A DNA stretch of 64,000 nt, taken from NCBI GenBank assembly GCA_963784195.1, contig CAWARA010000031.1, forward strand, positions 124,113-188,112. Reading direction: 5' to 3'. This document shows, piece by piece, positions 1 through 10,144 of the stretch. This stretch comes from an uncultured Acidobacteriota bacterium. Lineage in GTDB: Bacteria > Acidobacteriota > Vicinamibacteria > Vicinamibacterales > 2-12-FULL-66-21. A program made the position numbers and the translations under genes. Below the pieces are notes generated by a model. The model made no database searches, had not been told where the DNA came from, and saw only the letters and a program-made list of their open reading frames with translations. Every line of letters starts with the position of its first letter. The first letter of the stretch is position 1.

Positions 1-461
1 CGTTCGCGAAGACTCCCTTCCGTGAGAGCTATGGTGTGTTCTCGCCGGACGGCCGCTGGGTGGCCTACCAATCGAACGAAACGGGGCGGCCGGAAGTCTA
101 TGTGCGGCCCGTTGTCCCGCCCGGCGCCGTGGGCACGGCCGCCGCGGCTGGAGGGCAGTGGCAGGTCTCCACTGCCGGCGGCGTCTTTCCCGCCTGGCGG
201 CCCGACTGCAAGGAGCTGTACTACCTCAACCCCGCTGGCGTGATGATGGCGGCGTCGATCACCGTCACCGGGACCGCGCTCGCACCGGGCGCGCCGGTGA
301 TGCTCTTTCCCACGCGCGTCTCCGGCGGTGGCGTGGACAGACAACAGGGACGGGAATACGACGTCGGCCCCGACGGACGGTTCCTGATCAACATCGAACT
401 TGACAGCGCCGCCGCGCCGATCACGCTGCTGATGAACTGGAAGCCCGAGGGGAGGAAGTAG
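1..461 (+). CDS. C-terminal fragment (5' end outside window) of a TolB-like/PD40 WD40-like beta-propeller protein
   Basis: Reading frame 3 is open from base 1. PD40-repeat-like motifs are present (FSPDGRWVAYQSNETGRPEVYV, GGVFPAWRPDCKELYY). Stop at 459-461. Confidence 0.6.
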   Translation, partial: FAKTPFRESYGVFSPDGRWVAYQSNETGRPEVYVRPVVPPGAVGTAAAAGGQWQVSTAGGVFPAWRPDCKELYYLNPAGVMMAASITVTGTALAPGAPVMLFPTRVSGGGVDRQQGREYDVGPDGRFLINIELDSAAAPITLLMNWKPEGRK

Positions 462-654
462 TTCCGCGCGGACTGAAGGTCCCGATATGTCGCCCAGTAT
501 TTGCCTATCCGCCCGGGACATGCTCGGATCGCGAGTCCGTCAGGGTTTTGTTACAGGCTCTTAAGCTCGGAGCTTGCTGAAAACGCATGAAGCGCAGCCG
601 TTGAAGCGCGCACTCGCCGCGTCGATAATATGATGGCGGTCGAGGAGCCGTCGC

Positions 655-1053
655 ATGAAGAAGACAGCGAGCGCCAGGTTCAGCATCAAGAGCTGGGACG
701 AGAAGCCGTACAGCGAAGGCAAGGACCTGCCGAAGATGACGCGCGCGAGCGTCGACAAGACGTTCACCGGCGATATCGACGGCGAAGGTCACGTCGAATA
801 CGTGATGATGTACTGCAGCGACGGGACGGCGGCCTTCGTCGGACTGGAGCGGATTACCGGGCGGATCGCTGGCAGGAACGGCAGCTTCGTGCTCCAGCGC
901 ACGGGCGTCTTCGAAGACGGCCAGGCGAAGGAATCCTACTTCGTCGTCACCGGCTCGGGGACGGGCGAACTCCGCAGTCTCCGCGGCGAGGGCACCTCCT
1001 CGGTCGGTCATGCCGCCGACTATCCCTTCGCGTTGAACTACGAACTGGACTAG
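655..1053 (+). CDS. DUF3224 domain protein
   Basis: ATG at 655. The 132-aa product has the DUF3224-like pattern (SWDEKPY...KMTRASV.KTFTGDI.GEG.VEY.M.Y...G.A.FVGLER.TG...GR.GSFVLQ..G.FEDG). A paralog lies at 28262..28771. Confidence 0.7.
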   Translation: MKKTASARFSIKSWDEKPYSEGKDLPKMTRASVDKTFTGDIDGEGHVEYVMMYCSDGTAAFVGLERITGRIAGRNGSFVLQRTGVFEDGQAKESYFVVTGSGTGELRSLRGEGTSSVGHAADYPFALNYELD

Positions 1054-1146
1054 ACACCAAGAGTGACGCTTCGTCTCGTTGCAGCGGCAACGATCCTGAC
1101 GCTCGCGCTGGCCGCGGCGACCGACCTTCCTGTATAAAACGGGATC

Positions 1147-1232
1147 GTGTGAACGATCGCGTGAACCATCCTGCGAACGATCGTCTGAACCCCCCTGTGA
1201 ACCCCCGTGCTGAACCCCCGTGTGAACCCCCG
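1147..1232 (+). promoter_or_regulatory. Phased array of about 7 'TGAAC(CCCC)' direct repeats upstream of the M20 peptidase gene
   Basis: Seen directly: gtgtgaacgatcg / cgtgaaccatcctg / cgaacgatcgtc / tgaacccccc / tgtgaaccccc / gtgctgaaccccc / gtgtgaaccccc. GAAC motifs recur every 11-13 bp, ending about 40 bp before ATG 1273. Confidence 0.4.
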
Positions 1233-1272
1233 TCAGAAAACTGCTATCCTGCGCGCCGCGGAGGTGCGGTGA

Positions 1273-2908
1273 ATGCGTGCTCGCAGATGGATCCTTTCCC
1301 TGAGCCTGACGGCAGCAATCGTTTCGACGCCGTTGGCGCAGAGCCGGCCGGCGCCGGCGCCGGCGCAGAAGGCGGCCGAGGTCAAGCCGGATGATCCGAA
1401 AACGGCGAAGCTGAAGGCCGAGGCAATCAAAGACGTCGAGGCGATGAAAGAGTTCTCGCAGCAGATGGTGGATTCCATCTTCAGTTTCTCCGAGCTGGGT
1501 TTTCAGGAAATCGAAACCCACCGCTACCTCGTCGACATTCTGAAGAAGAACGGGTTCACGGTTCAGGAGGGCATTGCCGGCATTCCGACGGCCTTCATGG
1601 CGACGTGGGGATCGGGTAAGCCTGTCCTGGCGCTCGGATCGGACATCGATGGCATTCCGCAGGCGTCACAGAAACCAGGTGTCGCCTACCACGATCCGAT
1701 GATTCCGGGGGCGCCCGGACATGGAGAAGGGCACAACTCCGGGCAGGCCGTGAACATCACGGCGGCGATTGCGGTCAAGAAACTGATGGAGCGCGAGAAG
1801 CTGCCGGGCACGATTCGCATCTGGCCGGGGACCGCAGAGGAACTGGTGGGCACGAAGGCGTACTTCGTCCGCGAAGGCTTCTTCAAAGACGTGGACATCG
1901 CGCTCTTCACCCACGTTGGCGACAACCTGGGCGTTTCATGGGGTGACGCGTCGGGCACGGGGCTGGTGTCGGTCCAGTACGCGTTTCCAGGGGCAGACCG
2001 CTCACTCGGCTGGCGCGCCCTGGCGCGGACGAAGCGCGCTCGACGCCGTGGAACTGATGAACATCGGGTGGAACTTCCGGCGGGAGCACCTTCCACTCGA
2101 GCATCGCTCGCACTACGTGGTCACCGATGGCGGCGATCAGCCCAATGTCGTGCCGCGAACAGCGTCGGTTTGGTATTACTTCCGGCAGACTACCTATCCC
2201 ACGATCAAAGAGCTGTGGCAGATTGGCGACGACATCGCAAAGGGCGCCGCGATGATGACCGGCACCGAGTTGCTCCCGATGCGCGTGCTCGGCTCGGCGT
2301 GGCCCCGGCACTTCAACAAGACGGTTGCCGAGGTCACCTGGGCGAACATCCAGAAGGTGGGGCTCCCCGAGTGGAGCGAGGACGATCAGATGCTTGCACG
2401 CGCGCTGCAGAAGGAACTTGGCAACAGCACCCAGCGCGGGCTCTCGGTGAAGCTGCCAGAGCAGCTCGAAGGACCGATCAGGGAAAACAGGGGCGGCGGC
2501 TCGGACGACATCGGCGACATTTCCTGGAACGTGCCGACGGTCACGATGCGCTACCCCTCGAACATTCCGGGGCTGCCCGGCCACAACTGGGCGAACGCCA
2601 TCTCGATGGCCACCCCGATCGCACACAAGGGCGTCACGGCAGGTGCCAAGGTCCAGGCGATGACCATGCTGGATCTGCTGCTGAAGCCGGCGCTCGTCGA
2701 TCAGGCGTGGGACTACTTCCGCACCGTGCAGACGAAAGAGATCAAGTACGAGCCGCTCATCCGTCCGGAGGACAAGCCGGCCGTCCATCTGAACAAGGAG
2801 ATCATGGACAAGTACCGGCCGGAGCTGAAGAAGTTCTACTACGATCCGTCGCGCTACAAGACCTATCTCGAGCAGCTGGGGATCGCCTATCCGACGGTCA
2901 AGAAATAG
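1273..2908 (+). pseudogene. M20 family amidohydrolase/peptidase (AbgB-like) with signal peptide and an apparent +1 frameshift near 1984-1993
   Basis: The N-terminal part (frame 1) carries M20 motifs. After 'VSVQYAF' the frame becomes nonsense, while frame 2 continues with conserved 'QGQTAHSAGAPWRGRSALDAVELMNIGWNF...' through to the stop at 2908. An extra T in 'gcgTTTccagggg' reconciles the two frames. Confidence 0.75.
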
Positions 2909-2918
2909 GCGGCGTCCG

Positions 2919-5300
2919 CTATTCGGCGCGCGGGGGTACGACGTGACGGCGGACGTCGCCCTGGACCTTGGACAGGTCCACCGCGGCGTCGTTCTGAGGG
3001 AGCGCGAGAAAGTATTCGGTGAGGGGACGATCGTCGGTCAGGATGGTTCCCTGACCGACGAATGCCCGCATCTCATCAGGTCCGGCCACGTACCGCGACA
3101 GCAACGCGCTGAAGCTGCCCATCCCCATAGATTCGAGCGCCCGGCGCGAATCCTCGTTGGCCAGCTTGCGATCGAACGCATCCTGATCGAGCACCAGCGG
3201 CCTGCGGGACCCGACCATCAGCGTCCCGTGTTCCCACAGCGTCGTGTGCGGAAAGACGCTGAGGAACGTCCGCATGATCAACTTGTATTCGGTGACGGTT
3301 CCGCTGCCGATCCACTGCACGGCGATGCCGTGATTGTTGAGCACGCGCGACATCAGCCGGTAGTACTCGGCCGAGTAGAGGTTGCCTGCGCCGGCGTGGA
3401 CGGGGAGGATGACGTCCGCTGTGACGATGTCGTACCGCTTGTCGGTCAGCAGCATGTAGTTCCGGCCGTCGTCGATGTGCACGTGCACGTTCGGCCGGCG
3501 CAGCAGGTCGAAATTGATGCCGCTGAACTGCCCTGCGGCGGCGACGACTGCCGGTGACAGCTCGATGACGTCGACGTCGAGTTGTGGACTGTATGCGCCC
3601 ACCGCGCCTGCGGTCGCGCCTCCGCCCGCACCGATGACGAGAGCCTTGTGCGGCTCGGGCTGAATAGCCAGACCGAGCGTGCCGATGGTGCGGTGATACG
3701 CGACCATGCTCGGCTCGTCGCTGGCCTGGTGCATGCCGTTGATGTAGAGGTAGTGGATGATGTTCTGGGCGAAGCGAGACGCGCGCCGGAGGATGGTCAC
3801 GGTTGCGTGGCCGTCTTCGTTCCGCCACACCTGAACCTGCCCGGGAAATCGGGCGTTCAGCAGGCTGGTCACCGGATCGGGCGTGGACATCGCGATGGCC
3901 ACGAACGCGAGCAGCGCCACGGCGCCACCGGCGATCGCGAGAACGCGCTGCTTCAGCTGCGAAAGCAGCAGCAGCCCGGTGCACAACGAGAGCGCGGAAA
4001 TGACGATCAGCGTCACCCGGCTCCCCAGCAGCGGCAACAGCGCAAAGCCCGTCAGGAGTGCACCCGCAACCGCACCCGCGACGTTGACCGCGTAGATGAA
4101 GCCGACACGCTCGCCCGCCCGCTCTTCGGTTACGTCTCCAGCCCACAGGGCGATGCCGATCGGAAACGCCATCCCCATCATCAAGGCCACAGGGAAAATC
4201 GCCGCGATGCTCGTGACCGCCATCGGGCCGAAGTACGCCAGGCGACTTCCCGCAAAATGCGGAGCCGCCCACCCGTAGACAGCGCCGGCCTGCCCGACGA
4301 CGGCCATCGACAGAATGGATGTCAGCGCGACGAGCACTTCGAGGATCGCCAGGAGCGCGAGAGGATTCAGCCGGCGCCGGTTCATGAGCGGCGTTGCCAG
4401 CGCACTGCCGAGCGCGATTCCCGCGAGCACGGTCGCCAGCATCACGGTAAACGCGTACGTCGTCGGCATCAGGAGCACGACGAGCAGCCGGAACCAGACG
4501 ATTTCGAGCGCGAACGATGCGAAGCCCGAGACCGCGAACGTCAGCAGGACCAGCGTGTGAACGATCGGTCGTTTGGCAGGACTCGCTGGAATCGCATCGG
4601 CCGCCGGTTGCTCGGGTGATTTGGCGGGGAGGGTGCCGGCCGTTCTTTCGTAAAACGCCGAAAGCGCGAAGGCGCCGACGCTCACGATCAGGTTGGCCAG
4701 GGCGCCGATGCGAAACGCCCACTCGATGCCGAGCTGGGGAACGAGCCACAGGCCGGCGAACAGCGCGCCGACGATGGCGCCGCCGGTGTTGAACGCATAG
4801 AGCAGGCTGATCTGACGGCCGAGAAGGGACCCCGTGCCAAGCGCCGACTTCACGACGAGCGGCAACGTGGCACCCATCAACGTCGTGGGGACGATGAGGA
4901 TCGCGAACGACAGCGCAAAACGAATGATCGTGACGAAAACCGGTGCGCCACTGAAGGTCGGGTAGAGCCGGACGTAGAGCAGTTCAACTGCGTCGAGGAG
5001 GAACGGCGTCGACAGCGCGGCCACGGCGACCAGCGCTTCGGCGATTGCGAACGCGCGGAGCGGCCTCCGCACGCGATCGGCGAATCGTCCCGCAGTCGCG
5101 CTCCCGAGCGCGAGGCCCATCATGAACGCCGCCAGCACGGTGCTCGCTGCGTGCACCGTGACGCCGAACACGAGGGCGAGCAACCGCATCCAGAGAACCT
5201 GGTAGATGAGGGCGCTTGCGCCGGACAGAAAGAAGAGCAGCAACAATGGCGCGAGCGGCGCACCCGCCTGGCGCGCACGCGTCGCGGGGGAATGAATCAT
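2919..5300 (-). CDS. Fused polytopic membrane domain / spermidine synthase (polyamine aminopropyltransferase) family protein
   Basis: 793 aa. The N-terminal two-thirds is hydrophobic with multiple TM helices. The C-terminal part has SpeE-like motifs (LVIGAGGGATA...VDVIELSP...DDGRNYM...YDIVTADV). Confidence 0.8.
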   Translation of the reverse strand: MIHSPATRARQAGAPLAPLLLLFFLSGASALIYQVLWMRLLALVFGVTVHAASTVLAAFMMGLALGSATAGRFADRVRRPLRAFAIAEALVAVAALSTPFLLDAVELLYVRLYPTFSGAPVFVTIIRFALSFAILIVPTTLMGATLPLVVKSALGTGSLLGRQISLLYAFNTGGAIVGALFAGLWLVPQLGIEWAFRIGALANLIVSVGAFALSAFYERTAGTLPAKSPEQPAADAIPASPAKRPIVHTLVLLTFAVSGFASFALEIVWFRLLVVLLMPTTYAFTVMLATVLAGIALGSALATPLMNRRRLNPLALLAILEVLVALTSILSMAVVGQAGAVYGWAAPHFAGSRLAYFGPMAVTSIAAIFPVALMMGMAFPIGIALWAGDVTEERAGERVGFIYAVNVAGAVAGALLTGFALLPLLGSRVTLIVISALSLCTGLLLLSQLKQRVLAIAGGAVALLAFVAIAMSTPDPVTSLLNARFPGQVQVWRNEDGHATVTILRRASRFAQNIIHYLYINGMHQASDEPSMVAYHRTIGTLGLAIQPEPHKALVIGAGGGATAGAVGAYSPQLDVDVIELSPAVVAAAGQFSGINFDLLRRPNVHVHIDDGRNYMLLTDKRYDIVTADVILPVHAGAGNLYSAEYYRLMSRVLNNHGIAVQWIGSGTVTEYKLIMRTFLSVFPHTTLWEHGTLMVGSRRPLVLDQDAFDRKLANEDSRRALESMGMGSFSALLSRYVAGPDEMRAFVGQGTILTDDRPLTEYFLALPQNDAAVDLSKVQGDVRRHVVPPRAE

Positions 5301-5390
5301 GAGGCTCCATCATAAGCCGGACGCAGGCGTCTATCGAGGATGATCCTATAATGATGGGATGATCGGCCTCGATTACATGCAACAAGCGTG

Positions 5391-6758
5391 ATGCCGGAGC
5401 ACACTCGCCCCGCGCGGGGCATGCGGGACTTCCTGCCCGAGGACGTCCGTCGCCGCGATTACGTGATCGCCATCGTCAGAGACGTCTATCAGCGGTACGG
5501 GTTCGAGCCGCTCGAGACTCCGTCGCTCGAGAACATCGAGACGCTGACCGGCAAGTACGGTGAAGAGGGCAACAAGCTCATATTCAAGGTGCTGCGGCGC
5601 GGCGAGCACGAGTCGTCGGGCGAAACCGATCTGGCGTTGCGCTACGACCTGACCGTCCCGCTGGCGCGTGTCGTTGCTGAATATCGCGGCAAGCTGCCGA
5701 AGTTCTTCAAGCGCTACCAGATTCAGCCCGTGTGGCGCGCCGATCGGCCGGCCCGCGGCCGCTTTCGCGAGTTCTATCAGTGCGACGTCGACTCCATCGG
5801 ATCGCGGTCGATGGTGGTCGAGGCGGAATTGTGCTCTGCGGTGTCCGACGTGCTGACCCGGCTCGGTTTTGACAACTTCACGCTGAAGTTGAACGACAGG
5901 CGCGTCTTGAGCGGGTTGCTGTACGCCGCCGGTGTTCCGGCGGAAATGCACGGCACGGCGCTCGTGGCGCTCGACAAGCTCGACAAGGTCGGCTTCGAAG
6001 GCGTCGAACGCGAGTTGCGGGAGCGCGGCGTGCCGCCCGGCGACGACGGCCAGTATCTCGGGCCATGGCGGCAACTGCTGCCGTTGTGGGAGAACGCGTC
6101 CGATCCGGCGAAGGCGAATCACGACTCGATCGATCTCCTGCGGCAGCTGCTGGCCGGGCATGTCGACGCCCGGGAAGGCGTCGATGATCTCGACGAGATA
6201 CTCAGGTACACGTCCCAGACCTCGGCCGGACGGCATCTGCGTTTCGACGCCACGCTGGCGCGGGGCCTGTCGTACTACACCGGCGCGATCATGGAGATCA
6301 CCGTGCCGGATCTCGCCGGCAGCCTGGGTGGCGGCGGCCGCTACGACAACCTGATCGGCATGTTCCTCGGCGAGAACATCCCGGCCTGCGGGTTCTCGCT
6401 CGGGCTCGAGCGGATCCTGGTCGTCATGTCGGAGCGGCAGATGTTTCCGGCAGACGTCCAGCAGGCTGCGGCCGATGTGATGATCACGTTGTTCGACTCG
6501 TCGTCGGTCGAGGATGCGCTGGCGCTCGCCGCCGAGCTGCGGGCCGACGGGCGTCGCGTCGAGGTCTATCCGGAGCCCGACAAGCTGGGGAAGCAGTTCA
6601 AGTACGCCGCCGCCCGCGGCGTCCGCTACGTGCTGGTCGTTGGCGCGGACGAGCGGGCGAGAAACGAAGTCACGGTCAAGGACATGACTACCGGCGACCA
6701 GACGTCGGTGCCACGGGCCGAGCTCGAGGCGAGGCTGCAGGCGGCGCGTCACGAATAG
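5391..6758 (+). CDS. hisS: Histidine--tRNA ligase
   Basis: Class II aaRS HisRS motifs (RGMRDFLPED, FKRYQIQPVWRADRPARGRFREFYQCDVD, GGGRYDNLIGMF). Confidence 0.9.
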   Translation: MPEHTRPARGMRDFLPEDVRRRDYVIAIVRDVYQRYGFEPLETPSLENIETLTGKYGEEGNKLIFKVLRRGEHESSGETDLALRYDLTVPLARVVAEYRGKLPKFFKRYQIQPVWRADRPARGRFREFYQCDVDSIGSRSMVVEAELCSAVSDVLTRLGFDNFTLKLNDRRVLSGLLYAAGVPAEMHGTALVALDKLDKVGFEGVERELRERGVPPGDDGQYLGPWRQLLPLWENASDPAKANHDSIDLLRQLLAGHVDAREGVDDLDEILRYTSQTSAGRHLRFDATLARGLSYYTGAIMEITVPDLAGSLGGGGRYDNLIGMFLGENIPACGFSLGLERILVVMSERQMFPADVQQAAADVMITLFDSSSVEDALALAAELRADGRRVEVYPEPDKLGKQFKYAAARGVRYVLVVGADERARNEVTVKDMTTGDQTSVPRAELEARLQAARHE

Positions 6759-6789
6759 ATGGCGATCGGGAATTGGGAGTAGCTGGCGA

Positions 6790-8559
6790 ATGAACGTACC
6801 TCTCGGAACACTTGCGCGCACGCACACGTGCGGCGAGCTCGGCGCCGCCGACGTCGGCAAGGACGTCGTGCTGCTCGGCTGGGTCCATCGGATCAGGGAT
6901 CTCGGATCGCTGGTCTTCATCGACATCCGCGATCGCCATGGCCTGACGCAGGTCGTGGCGCGCGAGAGCGGCGACCTCGTCGCCGCCGCGCAGCGTCTTC
7001 GGCCTGAGTACGTCGTTGCGATACTGGGCAAGGTCGAGGGACGCGCACCTGAGACGGTCAATCCCAAGATGAAGACCGGCGAGATCGAAGTCGCCGTCAG
7101 CGAGATCCGTCCCCTCAACGACGCGAAGACGCCGCCGTTTCCAATTGCCGACGAATCTCCGGTGTCGGAAGACACACGGTTGAAATACCGCTACCTCGAC
7201 CTTCGCCGCCAGCGCATGCAGCGAAACATGATCCTGCGGCACAAGACGACGATGGAGGTGCGGAAGTATTTTGACGAACAAGGTTTCCTGGAGATCGAGA
7301 CGCCGATGCTCACCAAGTCGACGCCCGAGGGGGCGCGCGACTACCTGGTGCCCAGCCGGGTCCACCCCGGTGAGTTCTACGCGCTGCCGCAGTCGCCGCA
7401 GATCTTCAAACAGATCCTGATGATCTCGGGAATGGACCGCTACTTCCAGATCGTCAAGTGCTTCAGAGACGAGGACCTGCGCGCCGATCGGCAGCCCGAG
7501 TTCACGCAGGTCGATCTCGAGATCTCGTTCGGGACCGAGAACCTCGTGTTCTCGGTCATCGAGCCGCTGATGGGCCGGCTGATGGGGCTCATCGGGCGCG
7601 ATGCCCCGCAGCCATTCCTGCGGCTCCCGTATTCCGAGGCGATCGCGAAGTACGGCTCCGACAAGCCCGATCTGCGGGTGGGCATGGAGATCAGGGAACT
7701 GGCCGCAGCGTTCGCTGATTCGGAGTTCTCTGTCTTCCGCGGCGCAATCGACAAGGGTGGCGTCGTCCGCGGTTTCGCGGCACCCGGCGTCGCGAAGTAT
7801 TCGCGGCGGGAGCTCGACGAGCTGGTAGAGCAGGCGAAGCAGCTTGGCGCCAGCGGCCTGGTCTGGGCGCGACTCGCGGAAGGTGCGGTGCAGAGCCCGG
7901 CACTGAAGGCGGCTGGCGAGCCGGCCATCCGGCGAGCGATCGAGCTGGCAGGTGCCGGTGCCGGGGATCTGGTGCTGATGGCCGCGGGTTCCGCGGATGC
8001 CACGTCGAAGGTCCTCGGACAGCTGCGCCTCAACATCGCGCGCAAGGAGAACCTGCTCGATCCGCAGAAGTTCGCCTTCCTCTGGGTCGTCGACTTTCCC
8101 ATGTTCGAGTGGGTCGAGGAAGAGCAGCGCTACGAGTTCATGCACCACCCGTTCACGTCGCCGCTCGAGAGCGATGCGAACCTCCTGGAGACCGATCCGG
8201 GGCGCGCCCGAGCTCGCGCGTACGACCTCGTGCTGAACGGCAGCGAGATCGCCGGCGGCAGCATTCGAATCCACGACCAGACCCTGCAGCGCCTGATCTT
8301 CAAGCTGCTGCAAATCTCGGACGAGGAAGCACGGCTGCGCTTCGGGTTCTTCCTGGAAGCGCTGGAATTCGGCACGCCGCCTCACGGCGGGATTGCCCTC
8401 GGGCTGGACCGTATCGTCGCCATTCTGTCTGGCGAGAGCTCCATCCGCGACGTGATTGCGTTCCCGAAGACGGCGCAGGCGGTCGACCTCATGGCGGGGG
8501 CGCCGTCAACCGTCAATGAGAAGCAACTGCGTGAATTGGGGATCGATGTGAAAGGGTAG
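6790..8559 (+). CDS. aspS: Aspartate--tRNA ligase
   Basis: AspRS motifs: N-terminal OB fold (RTHTCGEL...VLLGWVHRIRDLGSLVFIDIRD), class II core (FQIVKCFRDEDLRADRQPEFTQVD), GG..RIHD, GLDR. Confidence 0.9.
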   Translation: MNVPLGTLARTHTCGELGAADVGKDVVLLGWVHRIRDLGSLVFIDIRDRHGLTQVVARESGDLVAAAQRLRPEYVVAILGKVEGRAPETVNPKMKTGEIEVAVSEIRPLNDAKTPPFPIADESPVSEDTRLKYRYLDLRRQRMQRNMILRHKTTMEVRKYFDEQGFLEIETPMLTKSTPEGARDYLVPSRVHPGEFYALPQSPQIFKQILMISGMDRYFQIVKCFRDEDLRADRQPEFTQVDLEISFGTENLVFSVIEPLMGRLMGLIGRDAPQPFLRLPYSEAIAKYGSDKPDLRVGMEIRELAAAFADSEFSVFRGAIDKGGVVRGFAAPGVAKYSRRELDELVEQAKQLGASGLVWARLAEGAVQSPALKAAGEPAIRRAIELAGAGAGDLVLMAAGSADATSKVLGQLRLNIARKENLLDPQKFAFLWVVDFPMFEWVEEEQRYEFMHHPFTSPLESDANLLETDPGRARARAYDLVLNGSEIAGGSIRIHDQTLQRLIFKLLQISDEEARLRFGFFLEALEFGTPPHGGIALGLDRIVAILSGESSIRDVIAFPKTAQAVDLMAGAPSTVNEKQLRELGIDVKG

Positions 8560-8778
8560 CCATACCCGCCCCCCGGGTGTCCCGAGCGCGTTTGTGGTAA
8601 AATGGTTGCTAATTAGCTGTTTTTACTAGGAGTTACGCCAATACCTCCTGCCACAGTCGTCCGAAAAGTTGCAGTCCCTGACGAGGGGATCGAGTCGCTT
8701 TTCGGAACCTACGACGAGAATCTCAAGCACCTCGAGACGCTGTTCAACGTCCGCATCCGTACCAACGGCCATGACCTG

Positions 8779-9609
8779 GTGGTCGAAGGAGACTCCGGGG
8801 ATGTGGCGAAGGCCGAGCGGATACTCGATCAATTGACGGCGCTGATCCGCGGCGGGTACAAGCTCGCCAAGGGAGACGTGAAGACCGCCTCCCAGTTGTT
8901 CGTCCAGGACGAGAACGTCGATTTCGCCGATTACTTCCTGCGCGGTGCCCCCAAGACTTCGGGCAAGCGGCAGGTGCTGCCGAAGAGCGTCAATCAGCGG
9001 CGCTATCTGGACGCGATCGAGAAACACGACATCGTGTTCGGGATCGGTCCGGCGGGGACGGGGAAGACGTACCTGGCGATGGCGCAGGCGGTGTCGTACC
9101 TGCTTGCCAAGCGCGTCAGCCGGATCATCCTGGCCCGGCCCGCGGTGGAAGCGGGTGAAAAGCTGGGGTTCCTTCCGGGCGATCTCCAGGAAAAGGTGAA
9201 CCCGTACCTTCGTCCGCTCTACGATGCCCTTTACGACATGATGGACCTCGAGCGGGTCGAGCGGATGATCGAGCGGGGAACCATCGAGGTCGCGCCCATT
9301 GCCTTCATGCGCGGCCGGACGCTCAACGATGCATTCGTCATTCTCGATGAGGCGCAAAACACGACGTCCGAGCAGATGAAGATGTTTCTGACGCGCCTCG
9401 GATTCGGATCGAAAGCAGTCATCACGGGGGATATCACTCAGATCGATCTGCCGATAGGCCGGACGTCCGGTCTTGTCGAAGCCATGAAGGTGGTCGCCAA
9501 CGTCGACGGTATCTCGTTCATCCATTTCGACGACAAAGACGTCGTCCGCCACCAGCTCGTGCAGCAGATCGTGAAGGCTTACGAATCCTACGGTGGATCC
9601 CGACAGTAA
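8779..9609 (+). CDS. ybeZ: PhoH family ATPase (YbeZ-like). Minimal model from the first canonical start; homology extends upstream to about 8641
   Basis: P-loop [11 protein letters not shown] and the PhoH signature ([16 protein letters not shown]...YLRPLYDAL...[17 protein letters not shown]). The in-frame upstream 54 codons (8617-8778) align to the conserved PhoH N-terminus but contain no ATG/GTG/TTG. Confidence 0.85.
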   Translation: MVEGDSGDVAKAERILDQLTALIRGGYKLAKGDVKTASQLFVQDENVDFADYFLRGAPKTSGKRQVLPKSVNQRRYLDAIEKHDIVFGIGPAGTGKTYLAMAQAVSYLLAKRVSRIILARPAVEAGEKLGFLPGDLQEKVNPYLRPLYDALYDMMDLERVERMIERGTIEVAPIAFMRGRTLNDAFVILDEAQNTTSEQMKMFLTRLGFGSKAVITGDITQIDLPIGRTSGLVEAMKVVANVDGISFIHFDDKDVVRHQLVQQIVKAYESYGGSRQ

Positions 9610-10144
9610 ACGCTTCAGCGTCTCGGTGACCGACGGCGGCGGCCGCCGGATACGGGACGGCGGCCTGGGCCGCTGGCTCGAATCGATCGCGCCCGCCCGC
9701 GCCCGAGGCGAGGTCGCGGTGGCGCTGGCGACCGATGCACGCGTCCGCACCCTCAATCGCCAGTACCGACGCAAGGATCGGACGACCGACGTCCTGGCCT
9801 TTCCCTCAGAGGAGCACCGAGTCCCCGCCTTCGCCAAGGCTACGGCGGGCAAGCCGAGCACCGAGCACCGAATCCCGAGTCCCGAGTCCCGAGTTCTCGG
9901 AGACATCATCATTGCCACCGGTGTTGCCCGCCGTCAGGCGCGCGACGCGGGACACTCCGAACAGACCGAGTTGCGTGTGCTCGCGCTTCACGGCCTTCTC
10001 CACCTGCTCGGGTACGACCATCACGATCGGGCAGATCGTGGACGCATGGCGAGGGCCGAGGCGCGCTTGCGGAGTCGAGGCGGCTTGCCAGCGGGGCTGA
10101 TCGAGCGCGCAAGCGGACGCTCAGCCCGTCGGACGGATAGATGA
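9593..10144 (+). CDS. ybeY: Endoribonuclease YbeY (rRNA maturation factor) with an unusual repeat-derived internal insertion
   Basis: Motifs DVLAFP...LGDIIIA...[11 protein letters not shown] (zinc-binding H..H....H). The stop TGA 10142-10144 overlaps the corC ATG at 10141 (ATGA). Confidence 0.8.
   Translation: MDPDSKRFSVSVTDGGGRRIRDGGLGRWLESIAPARARGEVAVALATDARVRTLNRQYRRKDRTTDVLAFPSEEHRVPAFAKATAGKPSTEHRIPSPESRVLGDIIIATGVARRQARDAGHSEQTELRVLALHGLLHLLGYDHHDRADRGRMARAEARLRSRGGLPAGLIERASGRSARRTDR

Noticed and set aside
505-1521. 338-aa minus-strand ORF overlapping the DUF3224 and M20 peptidase genes
   Set aside because: Low-complexity Arg/Leu-rich translation with no motifs, antisense to well-supported genes. 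This is a typical high-GC artefact.
3076-4749. 557-aa minus-strand ORF and several + strand ORFs inside the spermidine synthase gene
   Set aside because: Arg/Gly/Ala-rich nonsense translations in alternative frames of a gene with clear SpeE motifs.
5373-8385. Long minus-strand ORFs (600 aa and 565 aa) antisense to hisS and aspS
   Set aside because: Antisense to two unambiguous aminoacyl-tRNA synthetase genes, with no domain signatures.
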